The notes beneath the pieces were generated by a model. It was not told where the DNA came from and ran no database searches. It saw nothing but the letters and a program-made list of their open reading frames with translations. Of a DNA stretch of 64,000 bases, positions 41,401 through 51,705 are shown one piece after another. A program made the translations under genes and the position numbers. This stretch comes from Lingula anatina (Eukaryota; Animalia; Brachiopoda), in NCBI GenBank assembly GCA_051362555.1, contig CM120645.1, positions 3,844,001 through 3,908,000 on the forward strand. Direction: 5' to 3'. How positions within the stretch are numbered: position 1 is the first letter of the stretch; every line of letters starts with the position of its first letter.

Positions 41401-43971
41401 CAGGTTAAGTTCGAAAATCAGCATGATTGGGCTATTTTGAGGGAATTTATGCTGTTTTTTCACTATTTTCAATATAAATGCAACACTAATAACACAATAT
41501 AAGAAAAACGGATTGGCCAATTGTAATTATACTCACAGGAGTGGTCAATCTTACTAAAACGCAGGTTGAGTTCGAAAATCAGCATAATCGGGCCATTATT
41601 TTAGAAGTTATACTGTTTTTTTTCACATTTCCTCAGATTCAATTCTTAAGCATGTTAACAGTCTCATTATTTAACTAATAAGATGCCTAAAAGTGTTTGT
41701 TTGATATTTCCTGCATCTTTACAACATTGTTAGTTGATTATGTAAAAAACATGGTAAACTTGTTATCATGTATTGTGTAATAAAGTGTCAAAAATGGAAA
41801 TAAACTCATATCATTGCAGTTTGTCAGATTCAATCATCCACTATGTTCAGAATCTCAGAATGGAGGAAATTGGACATTTAACACTGTTCTATTGATACTT
41901 TTCCCATCTCATCAATTTTTTTAGTTGGTCATATAAAAATGGCAGTAAAATGTTTATTTTGTTTTATGTTAAAAAAGTGTTAAAAATGGAAATAAACCCA
42001 TTTCAGAACAGTGCTGTCTTGTTTACATTTTGGCATTTTCAAGGCGTGACTTTGAAGTTCCATGGGCCTGAAGACCTTTGCTAGTCACATTTTCTGAATA
42101 TCTGTGATACAAATATTTTATAATTAAAAATTGATGGTCATTAAGCTGTTAAACATTATGTAATATTGCATCAAAATTTGAAGAAACCCCTATTTTGGGC
42201 ACTGCTTCCATGATGACCATTTAAGGAAAATCATGTCACTTACTGTTCTCAAACTTACAGGAAAGAAACATGGGACTAAAATACAGCTTCAGTAGGCAAT
42301 GCAGTCTGTTTGGTATTTTTTTTTTTTTTTTTTTTTTTTTTTGGCAGTTAAACAGTTTTTTGTGAAAATTTAATTTTTCACATATTGGCATTTTCAAGGT
42401 GTGACTCTAAAGTTCCATGATCTTGAAGACTTTTGCTTGTCACATTTTCTGAATGTCCATGTTACTAATATTTTATTAATAACATTTGATTGTCATTATG
42501 CTGTTAAACATTATTTAATGTTGTATCAAAATTTGAAGAAACCCCTATTTTGGGCACTGCTCCTATGATGACCATTTAAGGGAAATCATGTCACTTACTG
42601 TTCTCAAACTTATAGGAAAGAAATATGGGACTAAAATACAGCTTCAATAGGCAACGCATACTGTTTGGTAAATTTCTCTGGCAGTTTTTTGTGAAAATTT
42701 AATTTTTCACTTATTTGCATCTTTATTTTCTGTTCTTTGTCTGTACATTTGACAGCTTTGCTGCCTTGTTAAACAAGTAGTTTTTAAACATGGTAGTTTT
42801 TTGCAAATGTATTTTTTCTCATTTCTGATATTGAAAATTAAAATTAAAGAAAATTATTTAAACAGTACATACTTTGTTCTTTTTGAAGGGGTTTCTGAAT
42901 GTAATAGTACCAAATTGAAATCATCTGTTTTATTCCTTTATTTCTGCAGGTTGAATCAGAGACGGATGCCGCACTGGGCAAAGCCAATGCTTCCCTGGAA
43001 GCTGTCCAGAACTTGACCACAAAACTGGAGGATGTCAAGAAGAAATATGTCCAGAATGAACTCAGCGTCCAGCGAGCCAAAGGGGAGGCTGACGGAGCCA
43101 TGAAAATGGCCAATAAGGCAGAATCTGTGAGTTTGGCAAAGTTTGGTTTTCAATCGAATATATTTTGCACTTTTAAAACATGTTTGCAGTATTTTTTCTG
43201 GTTTGTGACTTGAATATAAGAATGTATCTTTCTTAATTCATTAAGTTTTACTGGTTATAATCCCAAGTGGAACATAGCTTTAGGAAGCAACTTAGTTTCC
43301 AAAGTGATTGATTATTATCACTAATAGCACTGTAAGATGTGACATTGTGATTGTTTTTTTTTTTTTTTGTCAGGATGCAGCAGACTTGGAGACCAAGTAC
43401 CAGGATGCTTCTGCTCAGCTAGAGGCCAAATACAACATGACCAAGGATGCAAAAGAGAGAGCAGTCCAACTTAAAAATAATGCAACAACTTTGGCACAAA
43501 GTACTCAGTTTAAACTGTACCAACTTCGAAGTAGGTTGAAAGCAAATTCTTATATAGTTGAACACTTTTTTGTCAGTTATAGATATTTAATGTAAAGATA
43601 AAATATTTTAAAGTTCTCATAAATGTATTTTTTGTAGAAAGCTATAAGGCACTTAAACATATTAGTTTGTCTGCACATAACTTAAATGTTTATTTGGTTT
43701 ACATAAATTACTGAATGTTCATAGTTTCTTCTTGCCAAACAGAGCATCTGACCTCAAACCTAAACAAGCAAAAAAAAAATTAAAAAAGAAGTGAAATTCA
43801 CTCATTTACAATGAACTGCTTTGTTCTTCAGCAATGGAGCGAGATTTCATGGAAAGAGAGAAGTCTTTGACAGAGCTTTCTGGCGAGATTGAGGCCCTGC
43901 TTGCACGAATGAAACTTCTCACTCAAGAAATCCAGGAAAAGTCTGATTTCTATCGAGATTGCCAGCCCTAA
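16273..43971 (+). CDS. LAMB1: Laminin subunit beta (beta-1-like), complete, 28 coding exons
   Basis: Exons: 16273-16324 (signal peptide [18 protein letters not shown]), 21679-22229 (LN domain: [45 protein letters not shown]), 22462-22579, 28762-28907, 29269-29389, 29947-30135, 30495-30674, 30971-31080, 31414-31629, 31957-32115, 32996-33116, 33425-33552, 33819-33993 (LF/IV-B), 34401-34544, 34776-35007, 35342-35727, 36037-36236, 36614-36710, 37161-37352 (LE repeats ending [10 protein letters not shown]), 37636-37816, 38118-38302, 38511-38746, 39016-39210 (beta-knob [14 protein letters not shown]), 39848-40200, 40426-40567, 42950-43126, 43374-43530, 43832-43971 (coiled coil ending FYRDCQP*). Boundaries are GT-AG. 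Confidence 0.96.
28565..28735. repeat. Degenerate ~25-bp minisatellite just upstream of a laminin exon
   Basis: The unit cccat(c/g)tca(a/g)caccaatacctcttg recurs about 6 times with variation. Confidence 0.6.
40900..42770 (+). mobile_element. HINE/Helentron-type element carrying internal tandem-repeat arrays, in a laminin intron
   Basis: It starts TTTTT-atgtacagacacagatgtgtctgtacat (hairpin/subTIR), followed by a (GTCGCC)n microsatellite. Then come a 161-bp tandem repeat (starts 41002, 41163, 41324, diverged fourth ~41485) and a ~355-bp duplication (~42032 and ~42387). It ends gtctgtacat + gacagctttgctgcc hairpin + TT. Confidence 0.75.
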
Positions 43972-46278
43972 TAAGTAATCTGGTGAATCAAACAGTGGAT
44001 TAAATAGTAGAGAAAAAATTCAACATTCATCTGACAGGTCAACGGAACTCTTCTTGGGATTGAACTGTAGGTAACCTCCAAGCCAAAAGGTCAAATGTTA
44101 ACTTTTGGGACGTTGTTCTGTGTTTCTATGTTTAACTTATTAAAACTGAGAACAGGTCACATGGTGCTCCATCATGTGCTGCCATCTATACTAGTGTATG
44201 TAAGTAATAAATGATGGAGAAATGCTTTTAGATTTTATTGTTATAATTAAGTCATTTAGTAATTACTCACAAATTTCATACAATTCATATTTGTCCGATT
44301 TTTCCAGAAATATTGAAAGTGTGCTTTCATACATATCCAACAAAACCATTTAAGGAAGATTTTTTCAGATAATTACTATATATGTCACTTCCTTAGAAGA
44401 TTATTTGATAGAAACAAAGTATCAGTTACAAATATTGATATTGATAAAAGTAAGTAAATCTTAAGGAGAGCATCAAGCCATTGTTTTTGCATTATAGATA
44501 CCTTGTGTCTTTTTTGTAGTTTTTCCAAAATGGTTAAAATGGTTGTTCCATTTTCTCCAAACAAAAGTTAGAAAAAGGCTGTATAGCATTCCAATCTACT
44601 TGCCCCTACTTAAAGTAGGTTTAAAATACAGCACTGTCATCTTACGTGTAATGCCAATAGTATTAACATGGAAAGAATGTGTTCATTTATATAAGTGTAA
44701 ATATTTCTAGTAAAAGTTTATTGCATGTAATTATAGGGTGCAACTTATATTATGTCCCACCGCTAGATTTTTTGATAAATGAATTGTATGATAAATTATA
44801 CAAATGATAACAGTGAATTATTCCACATAACTGCTCTCCAGTCTTTGTTTACTAGATAACAGAGGCACTGAACTGTAAATCATACTTTAAAATGGATTGG
44901 ATATTTTTTAATTTTTAATTTGTTTACTTGAGGCACTGTTTTCTCAAGGAATAAATAGGCTTGGTTTCTTTATCATGTTATATAAGAAAATTGATTGGTA
45001 CATTGATATAGCTGTAACACTGCCAGGGTTTTTTACTTGACCCAGAATCTCGTGTTTACGCTTTTTAAAACTCGTGTGTTCTGTCAGCCCATTTTAAGCA
45101 CAGTCACGCCTATGTTTAGCACCACTTTGTATCATGGTATCATATTGACTGAAGCAGTTGGTGAAATCACATACATATGATACTTGAGCATTGGATTTAA
45201 GTTTTACTGTACACTTTAAATGAAAGTAAGAAGTGTAAGCTGCACAACCAAATAACTGGCCCACACATTCTTTATTGTAAATTTTAATTTGAGTGTGTAA
45301 GTGTAGGTAAGATTATTTAAACTTTTACACAGGCATTTGTTTACCTATAAAATGTTAGAATGTAAAAACAAATTTTCATATCAGTTTTGGTCATTAACTT
45401 GGTGCTTAATTAGAAGAACTTACATTTCATCACTGTGTAACATCATATATATAAATATATACAGCTTTAATATATCTTAGCTTTATGTGTCTAGCGTGTC
45501 ATATATTACAAATCTCTTTTCTTTTTTATCTCATTTACTCTTAAGAAGACAGGTAAAATGGGCTGAAGTAAATTCAAATATCATTGGTCTATTTGTGTAG
45601 GATGGAGCATGATAACCCGTGTCTGATTGGTAGCTTGGATGCATAGATTGGATGGGTTTTCAGTTTGTGCTAGATTGGTCAGTTGTGTCCAGGCATGTGA
45701 ATGGCTAGTTTTACTTTCGCCATTTTAGTTTTTATTGGCAAAAAAATGAATGTGTTTTGATTATAGAATGCAGGCTAAAGACTAAGCTTTTCACAAATCT
45801 ACATTTGTCATCAAGTACTCAAAATTTGGTGGAAATACTCAAGGGCAGAGATACGAACTAGTGTCACATTTTTATTGTCAAAATTGATTTTGATCGACCT
45901 TTCTAATTTGATATATTGCAATGCGTTTGTAGTCTTTTTTTTTATTATTGTGTTGTTCATATTAACATATCTTATTATAATAACATGAATTTTTAAGACG
46001 TATTAGATAACCTTGTGTTATTGGCAATATGAGATTTAATCTTTTAGTTCATCCATCTCCTGGAAATTAAAGAAACTTTACATTTTATCATATGCAGGCA
46101 AATTCTGTATTTGAGAAACTATTAAATCGGCTATAAGAATTTTATAAGTACTTAAATCATGATGTCCAGTTTTGAATAAAGATAATTCACTAAGATTTGC
46201 TAGTTTTTTTCGTTGAAAACATCTTGACCTGCCATACCTGTCACATCGGGCGCAAATGGTGCTCACTCGTTGCAGTTT

Positions 46279-46527
46279 CCCCTGCGAATATTTGTCTCAT
46301 TTAATGTTCACTTACGGTTCTCAATCTATTCTAGAACATTTGGTGTATTTTTTACAGTTCTAGTGTTGTTCTGTAATAAATGTTACAGTTCGAGAACTGT
46401 TTTTGGGATGTCATTCGGAATGTCCTTAAACAGACTGAGGATTTTTTTTAATTTAAAGAGCAATACATGTTCTAGGACAGATTGAGAACCGTAAGTGAGT
46501 GTTAAGTGAGACAAATTTTGGCAGGGA
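46279..46527. mobile_element. MITE with ~60-bp imperfect terminal inverted repeats
   Basis: ccctgcgaatatttgtctcatttaatgttcacttacggttctcaatct is inverted relative to agattgagaaccgtaagtgagtgttaagtgagacaaattttggcaggg. Confidence 0.6.
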
Positions 46528-46669
46528 TTCAGTGAGCGTGGTTTGAAGCTGTGGCTACCCCAGGTTTGATCTTAAGTAGAGATAATATAATAATAATATA
46601 TTTATTTTAAGTCTAAACTCCATATGAATATGTTCGTTAGACTTTACAAATATGTACATACATATAACA

Positions 46670-46937
46670 AGTATACAACTGGTCAAAACACGCTGTGTAC
46701 AATCTCGCCTCCCTGGGGAGGATACAGCCCCGCTGCCGTATGAGGCGCTGAGTGCTATCAATCTTACAATATCGTTCTCTGCCTGACCAGGACCCTGCTT
46801 CAACCCCAAAGTGCTGAGTGCCAAGCGGGGAGACAGCAGGTACCGTTTATAAAGGACTGGTATGTCCCCGGACGGGTTTTGAACCCACGTCCTCCCGCTC
46901 CGGAGGCGGACACTCTAACCACAAGGCCATCCGGTCG
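46670..46937 (-). mobile_element. tRNA-derived SINE (central domain resembles the Meta domain)
   Basis: The minus strand reads gaccggaTGGCCTTGTGGttagagtgtccgcctccggagcgggaggacgtgGGTTCAAAACCcgtccgggga (A and B boxes), then tgctgtctccccgcttggcactcagcac. It has no proper acceptor stem. The 3' end is approximate. Confidence 0.7.
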
Positions 46938-48949
46938 GTTCTAAAAGATCATTCTAGATATTCTAGAGATCATTCTAGAACGCGTCATTCGACGGCTAGA
47001 CGACAAAGAGGAACTGTTCATATTGTATATTATTAATCTTATTATATTTCAAGCGATTTTTTCTAACTTAGACATTGGCGTACAAAACCCATGGTCTGTT
47101 GTCGCGTTAGATACTTATGTGGTGTAAATTTGAAAATGTTGCAAATATTTTCTGCACGAGACAAAAGGATCTCTTGGTAAAAAGTAATGTAAGGTGACAA
47201 ATATAGTACAATAGACTTTTTTTGGTAAAATTAATGCAACGATCAGAATAACTGTTCTGTCCATATGGTCGGAGTTTTGAGTGAAACAAAGTCGCTTTGA
47301 AAAACTGTCAGGTTTATTTGGTTGAATATGAAAATAAAAAAGAACAAAAAGGCACACACACACACACATTGATATATTTACAAGAAAAAGTGATCAGAAC
47401 TCATGAGATATTCAGCTTGTATGTACAATGTACAAAGGAATGTACTCTACGCATACGCGTTTTCGCTGTATAATCTGAAGCAATATGCCTGGATAAGGTT
47501 AGCCCTTGTGGTTTAAAATAAGTCTTATAACATCAGATGTAATACTTTGTACATTCCAATCAGGTCTTAAGAGCTTGTCCACGAGAGAACCAGCCCAGGG
47601 TGGCAAGGTGGGGGTCAGCGGATTTCAACCAAATTTGTTGTATGGAGGCATATTAGGAAGTTATTCATGAGTTAGGAAGGAATCCCAAAAATATCCTTTC
47701 TTCAGAGAATTATAGCCTATTATAAGTCATGGCTTATGTAGCCTCTTTGAGACTCCATTTTTACCTTGGAAAAATAATGATATATTTTGTGTAAATTAAA
47801 CAAAAATGGAGAAATCTAAAAAATATTAGACCTTACAATCATTGAAAACAATCATTTGGCTTGCCACAGATATATGTAGAATTCAGATAAGACCCTGCTT
47901 GGGCGAGCCACACCCATTTATAACACCCCTCCCCCCAAAGTCCAATTTTGATACTACCATCTTTAATTGCATATATCTCCATCTTTACAGGGTTTACAGC
48001 TATAAAACTGCATGAATATTTTAGGCAGATATGGGTCATTCCAAATCAAGTTTCAAAAGTTACTGCTGTATTAAAACAGGTACTGAAAAATACCTCCAAA
48101 GTTGGCCATTTTTAAGGCAAAAAATCGTGGTGGATTCATTCAAGTCTATGTAGACGATAGGTTTGATTAATTTATTAAACCATTTTGCTCTACAATGATG
48201 TTACTAAATTAATAGGGCTGGTGAACATGGAAAGTGGGTGTGTACTAATGAATATCAGGTCAGTAGGTCAAGGTCACTGGGCTTCATATTTGTAAATTGC
48301 CATATAAGGACTTCTTAATTTATATGGACAAAAAATTTAGAGGAAATAAATCATAGACTCTGTTACTTTGGATAGGCACTGGCAATTAACTTGAGAGTTT
48401 ACAAGATAATTTTAATATATATATATATTTTTTAATATCATCAATTTGGTGAATACAAATTAAAATCTTAGTTTAGTAGCGATTTCTTTTTGGTGCAATA
48501 TTTATCATATAGAGATCAGGATATGCCATAGTATTTATGATAGCAAAGCCAGAACAAATCTTTTTTAATTATCAAGAGTTTTTTTTTAATCATCCACACC
48601 ACTTTTTGGTGACTATTTATGAGCATACAGTAACTAAAAAATTATTCAATTTAGTTTATTGTTGTCTCAGATGAATAATTTCAAATAATAAAAAAAAATC
48701 ACAAAATTATAATATAGCAATACATGCAAAGCAGTGCAACATTAGTTGTGATCATTACAAACTATATCATAATGTAGCAAAACAAGATAATTTTCTATTC
48801 AAAAAGCAAAACTAACACAACCGCAAAATATATCCTGGTGTTATGAAACATCTTTGCAGTTTTGTATCAAACATTACAGCTCTTAACATCAAGGTTTTTA
48901 ATACATTCAAAAATAACTGCCGATTTTTTCTTCCTGAATAGTCTGTAAC

Positions 48950-49740
48950 CCTTCTTACTGACATTTCAATCTCATCTTCATGCTCACAAATGCTAGGTTC
49001 TGCTGGCCTGTTTCTTGTGCCCTTCTAAACTCCTTCAGTAAAAACTCCTATACTTTATTTGAATATAGTTTCAAAGGTTTAGATGACTTTAAAGCTCATC
49101 CATTGTGTAACTCAGTGAGATATTCAAGAGGGTGGAGTTCTCTCACAGCTGATGTGCTTTAAGTTTTTCTTTAGTCAGATTGTTGGCCCACTAGACTTTA
49201 ATTTGATCAAAAGCTGTTTTTTTTTTGGCACATTTCATAACTGTGGTCTAAAAAAGGACCTTACAAATACTCTTCAGTCTTAGTAGCAAAAGATTTCAGA
49301 GAAAACTTCTCTGGACAAGAAAAAATTTCCCTGTTTGTGATCTTGCTTGGTATAGTCCCAGTTGGCATATTTGCCTCAGAAAAACCCAAATTAACTTTAA
49401 CATCAGTATCACTCATGTTAAAACTGCTCAAGGAAGGAAGACACCTTTTCTCATGTTGTAGGAATCAAGAAAGCTAAATTGTTGTAATTGGACACTCCAG
49501 TCCACGCGGGTTTGGAAGATGTCTGTCTAGCTGGATGTAGAAAATGGCTCCAACTGCAGAAACTAGGGCCTCATGCATCTCCTCAGCATTTGTTATATTG
49601 TGGCTTTCATTTACATACTGTACATGCCTTTCTACAACAGCCATCATTTCCACACTAGTTTCAGTTTCTGCAAGACTTTGGACTCTTTTGCTGACCATAA
49701 GATCACTGTGTGTCAAATAACACTTCTCAAATATGCCTGA
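48950..49740 (-). pseudogene. Transposase-like remnant with stop codons
   Basis: Minus-strand fragments ERHVQYVNESHNITNAEEMHEAL, FSCPEKFSLKSF...TAFDQIKV*WA and G*ALKSSKP...V*EFLLKEFRRAQETGQQ...VSMKMR resemble the C-terminal half of Sola3-type transposases (from memory of family motifs; not searched). Confidence 0.55.
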
Positions 49741-50250
49741 AATATAAATATAGCTTACTATAGACACATGAAAACACTTATCTGAAAGTTAATTGATACA
49801 TTGATGAAAAATAAATTATTATCCCATTTGTCCATGTTTTATAAGTAAGGCATGGTTTCGAATATTAATTATGATGAGCCTAGCAATTTTGCCAAGACCA
49901 GCCCTAGCTTCAATCTAATTCCAATTGTTACCCTTAAATTTATTTTACCCAAGTACCATTAAACCTACATAAATACCCACACAAATATAGCTTAAAAGAT
50001 AAAATTATCACAGGTCCTTAGGCTGCAATTTCATTATTTGAAAGGGGGCATTTTTCTTTTTAAAAAAATGGAGCGTTTACCATTAAAAAATTACACCTAG
50101 ATCATTTTTCTGAGTGAACTTTTTTTCTGGATTTTAGCCTGTATTAAAATACAAACAAACCCGTTTCTTACCTGAACCAAGTGGCATCAGTATATTCAAA
50201 TGCCTTTTTGTCTACACTGACATCTTGTAGTGCCAGGGGCAGGTAGAACC

Positions 50251-50324
50251 GGCCGGGTAGCTCAGTAGGTAAGAGCACTCGCCCTGTAAGCGAGGGGTCC
50301 CGGGTTCGATTCCTGGCCTGGCTG
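50251..50324 (+). tRNA. tRNA-Thr(UGU)-like sequence inside the 5' LTR (element-borne, probably not a functional tRNA)
   Basis: The cloverleaf GGCCGGG TA GCTC AGTAGGTAA GAGC A CTCGC CCTGTAA GCGAG GGGTC CCGGG TTCGATT CCTGG CCTGGCT G has anticodon TGT and C at position 33. A T5 run follows 4 nt downstream. Confidence 0.65.
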
Positions 50325-50441
50325 GTGATTTTTCTGCACTCACCCCAAATCGCTACAATGGTGGCAGCGGTGTTGCGAGATAGGGCTCGCGTCTTTCGGC
50401 ATTTGGGGGGGAGGAGTGTAGTGCCAGGGGCAGGTAGAACC

Positions 50442-50515
50442 GGCCGGGTAGCTCAGTAGGTAAGAGCACTCGCCCTGTAAGCGAGGGGTCCCGGGTTCGA
50501 TTCCTGGTCTGGCTG
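50442..50515 (+). tRNA. tRNA-Thr(UGU)-like sequence inside the 3' LTR
   Basis: Identical to the first copy except for one C>T change in the acceptor stem (G-C becomes G-U). Confidence 0.65.
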
Positions 50516-51705
50516 GTGATTTTTCTGCACTCACCCCAAATCGCTACAATCTGCAAGTTAATCCCATGACATATTTCGTTATAGGCTCGTTTTCCCCTGT
50601 GTGGATGGTTTCCAGCACAAACCAAGCCCATATCCCAGTGCTGGTCACATGGTGTAACCCATTTATTCTCCCAAAGATACTTGAAAAAGTCCAATTGCTG
50701 TCATCGGATACAAAAGAATTCACACCTGACAAGAATCAGTGTGCTTTCGTAACTCACGCTGTTTTGCTTCACGTAAACGCGACGAAGATGACTGTTAATA
50801 TCTCTGTTGCAATTTTTCAATACACTACATGTTTTTTTATATCTGTAGTCAGAGTATAAATCACATGATATACGACTTCGTTGAGGAAGATTTGTAAACA
50901 AACAGTCTGCGATTTCCGCCATGTTGGATAATGACGTTGTGTTGTTCTGACGTTAGTACATTAGTTTCACATGGTTTTAAAATGTGTTAGATGCTTGTTT
51001 TAACCAGAAAAAAATTAGAATAGGTAAAATGAAAATAAAAAGTTCAACTAACAGTGTTTTAAACCATTCGTTGACTTGAAAGAGATGGCTGAAGTTCAGT
51101 GCACCGATATACGTGTTCGGATATATTTACGAAAAATGAAGAAATTAGGTCATGTTCTATCTGTTACAACGGACAAGTTGTAGAACAGCAGTAAGTTTTG
51201 ATTTCATGTATAAATAGATTAATGAGTTATCTGTTAGTCCTGAACACGCTTTACCCCAAAGACCTGTGAAGATGAAGATATTGTCAAAAATAGAAGGGGG
51301 GTGTTCAAAGCATGTGGTTTGTAGGCCTGAGAAAAACGCTTGGTTTGTTACCATGGAAACAAAGAGAGTGGAAAAAGTGTATATCATTTTAATCCCCTAT
51401 CTTTAGGTTATAATATATCACCAAACTAAATCATTTGGTGACACCTGTATAAACTTTAAGGCCAATCAATATAACCCTGTTTTTCAGAAGAATTTTTGGT
51501 TGATAAACCCCCCAAATTGTCACTGGCCATATCTCTGTAAGTAGGGATTTTTTTCAGGAAATATTGCAGCCTCAGATATTGTTCATATAAAGGTTCAAAC
51601 ACACCAAATATGATGTAAATCCGTTCACCCCCACCTTGCCGCATTTTCTACATTTGGTTTGGTTTTCTCGTGGACACACACTTAAGCTATATACAGAGTC
51701 ACAGT

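Larger units (their letters stand above)
50226..50548 (+). mobile_element. 323-bp TRIM (non-autonomous LTR retrotransposon) with tRNA-containing LTRs, Helenus-like
   Basis: 5' LTR 50226-50357 and 3' LTR 50417-50548 (132 bp each, TG...CA, 1 mismatch). PBS TGGTGGCAGCGGT at 50359-50371. PPT GGGGGGGAGGAG at 50405-50416. TSD ATCT at 50222-50225 and 50549-50552. Confidence 0.92.
47571..51681 (-). mobile_element. Decayed TTAA-targeting DNA transposon, Sola3-like, ~4.1 kb
   Basis: TTAA flanks both sides (47567-47570 and 51682-51685). Imperfect TIRs: gagcttgtccacgagagaacca vs reverse complement gtgtgtgtccacgagaaaacca, plus subterminal ggcaaggtgggggt..cggattt at both ends. The empty site cagggcTTAAgttatatacag is present in the paralogous copy at 54896-54916. 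Confidence 0.8.

Noticed and set aside
41002-41620. CRISPR-like array
   Set aside because: The 161-bp units are contiguous with no unique spacers, lie in a eukaryotic intron, and have no cas genes nearby.
46860-46937. Functional tRNA on the minus strand
   Set aside because: A and B boxes are present, but there is no proper acceptor stem and the sequence continues into a SINE body.
50251-50515. Ordinary tandem cluster of two tRNA-Thr genes
   Set aside because: The duplicated unit is bounded by TG..CA with a PBS, a PPT and an ATCT TSD, so it is an LTR element. C33 is also non-canonical.
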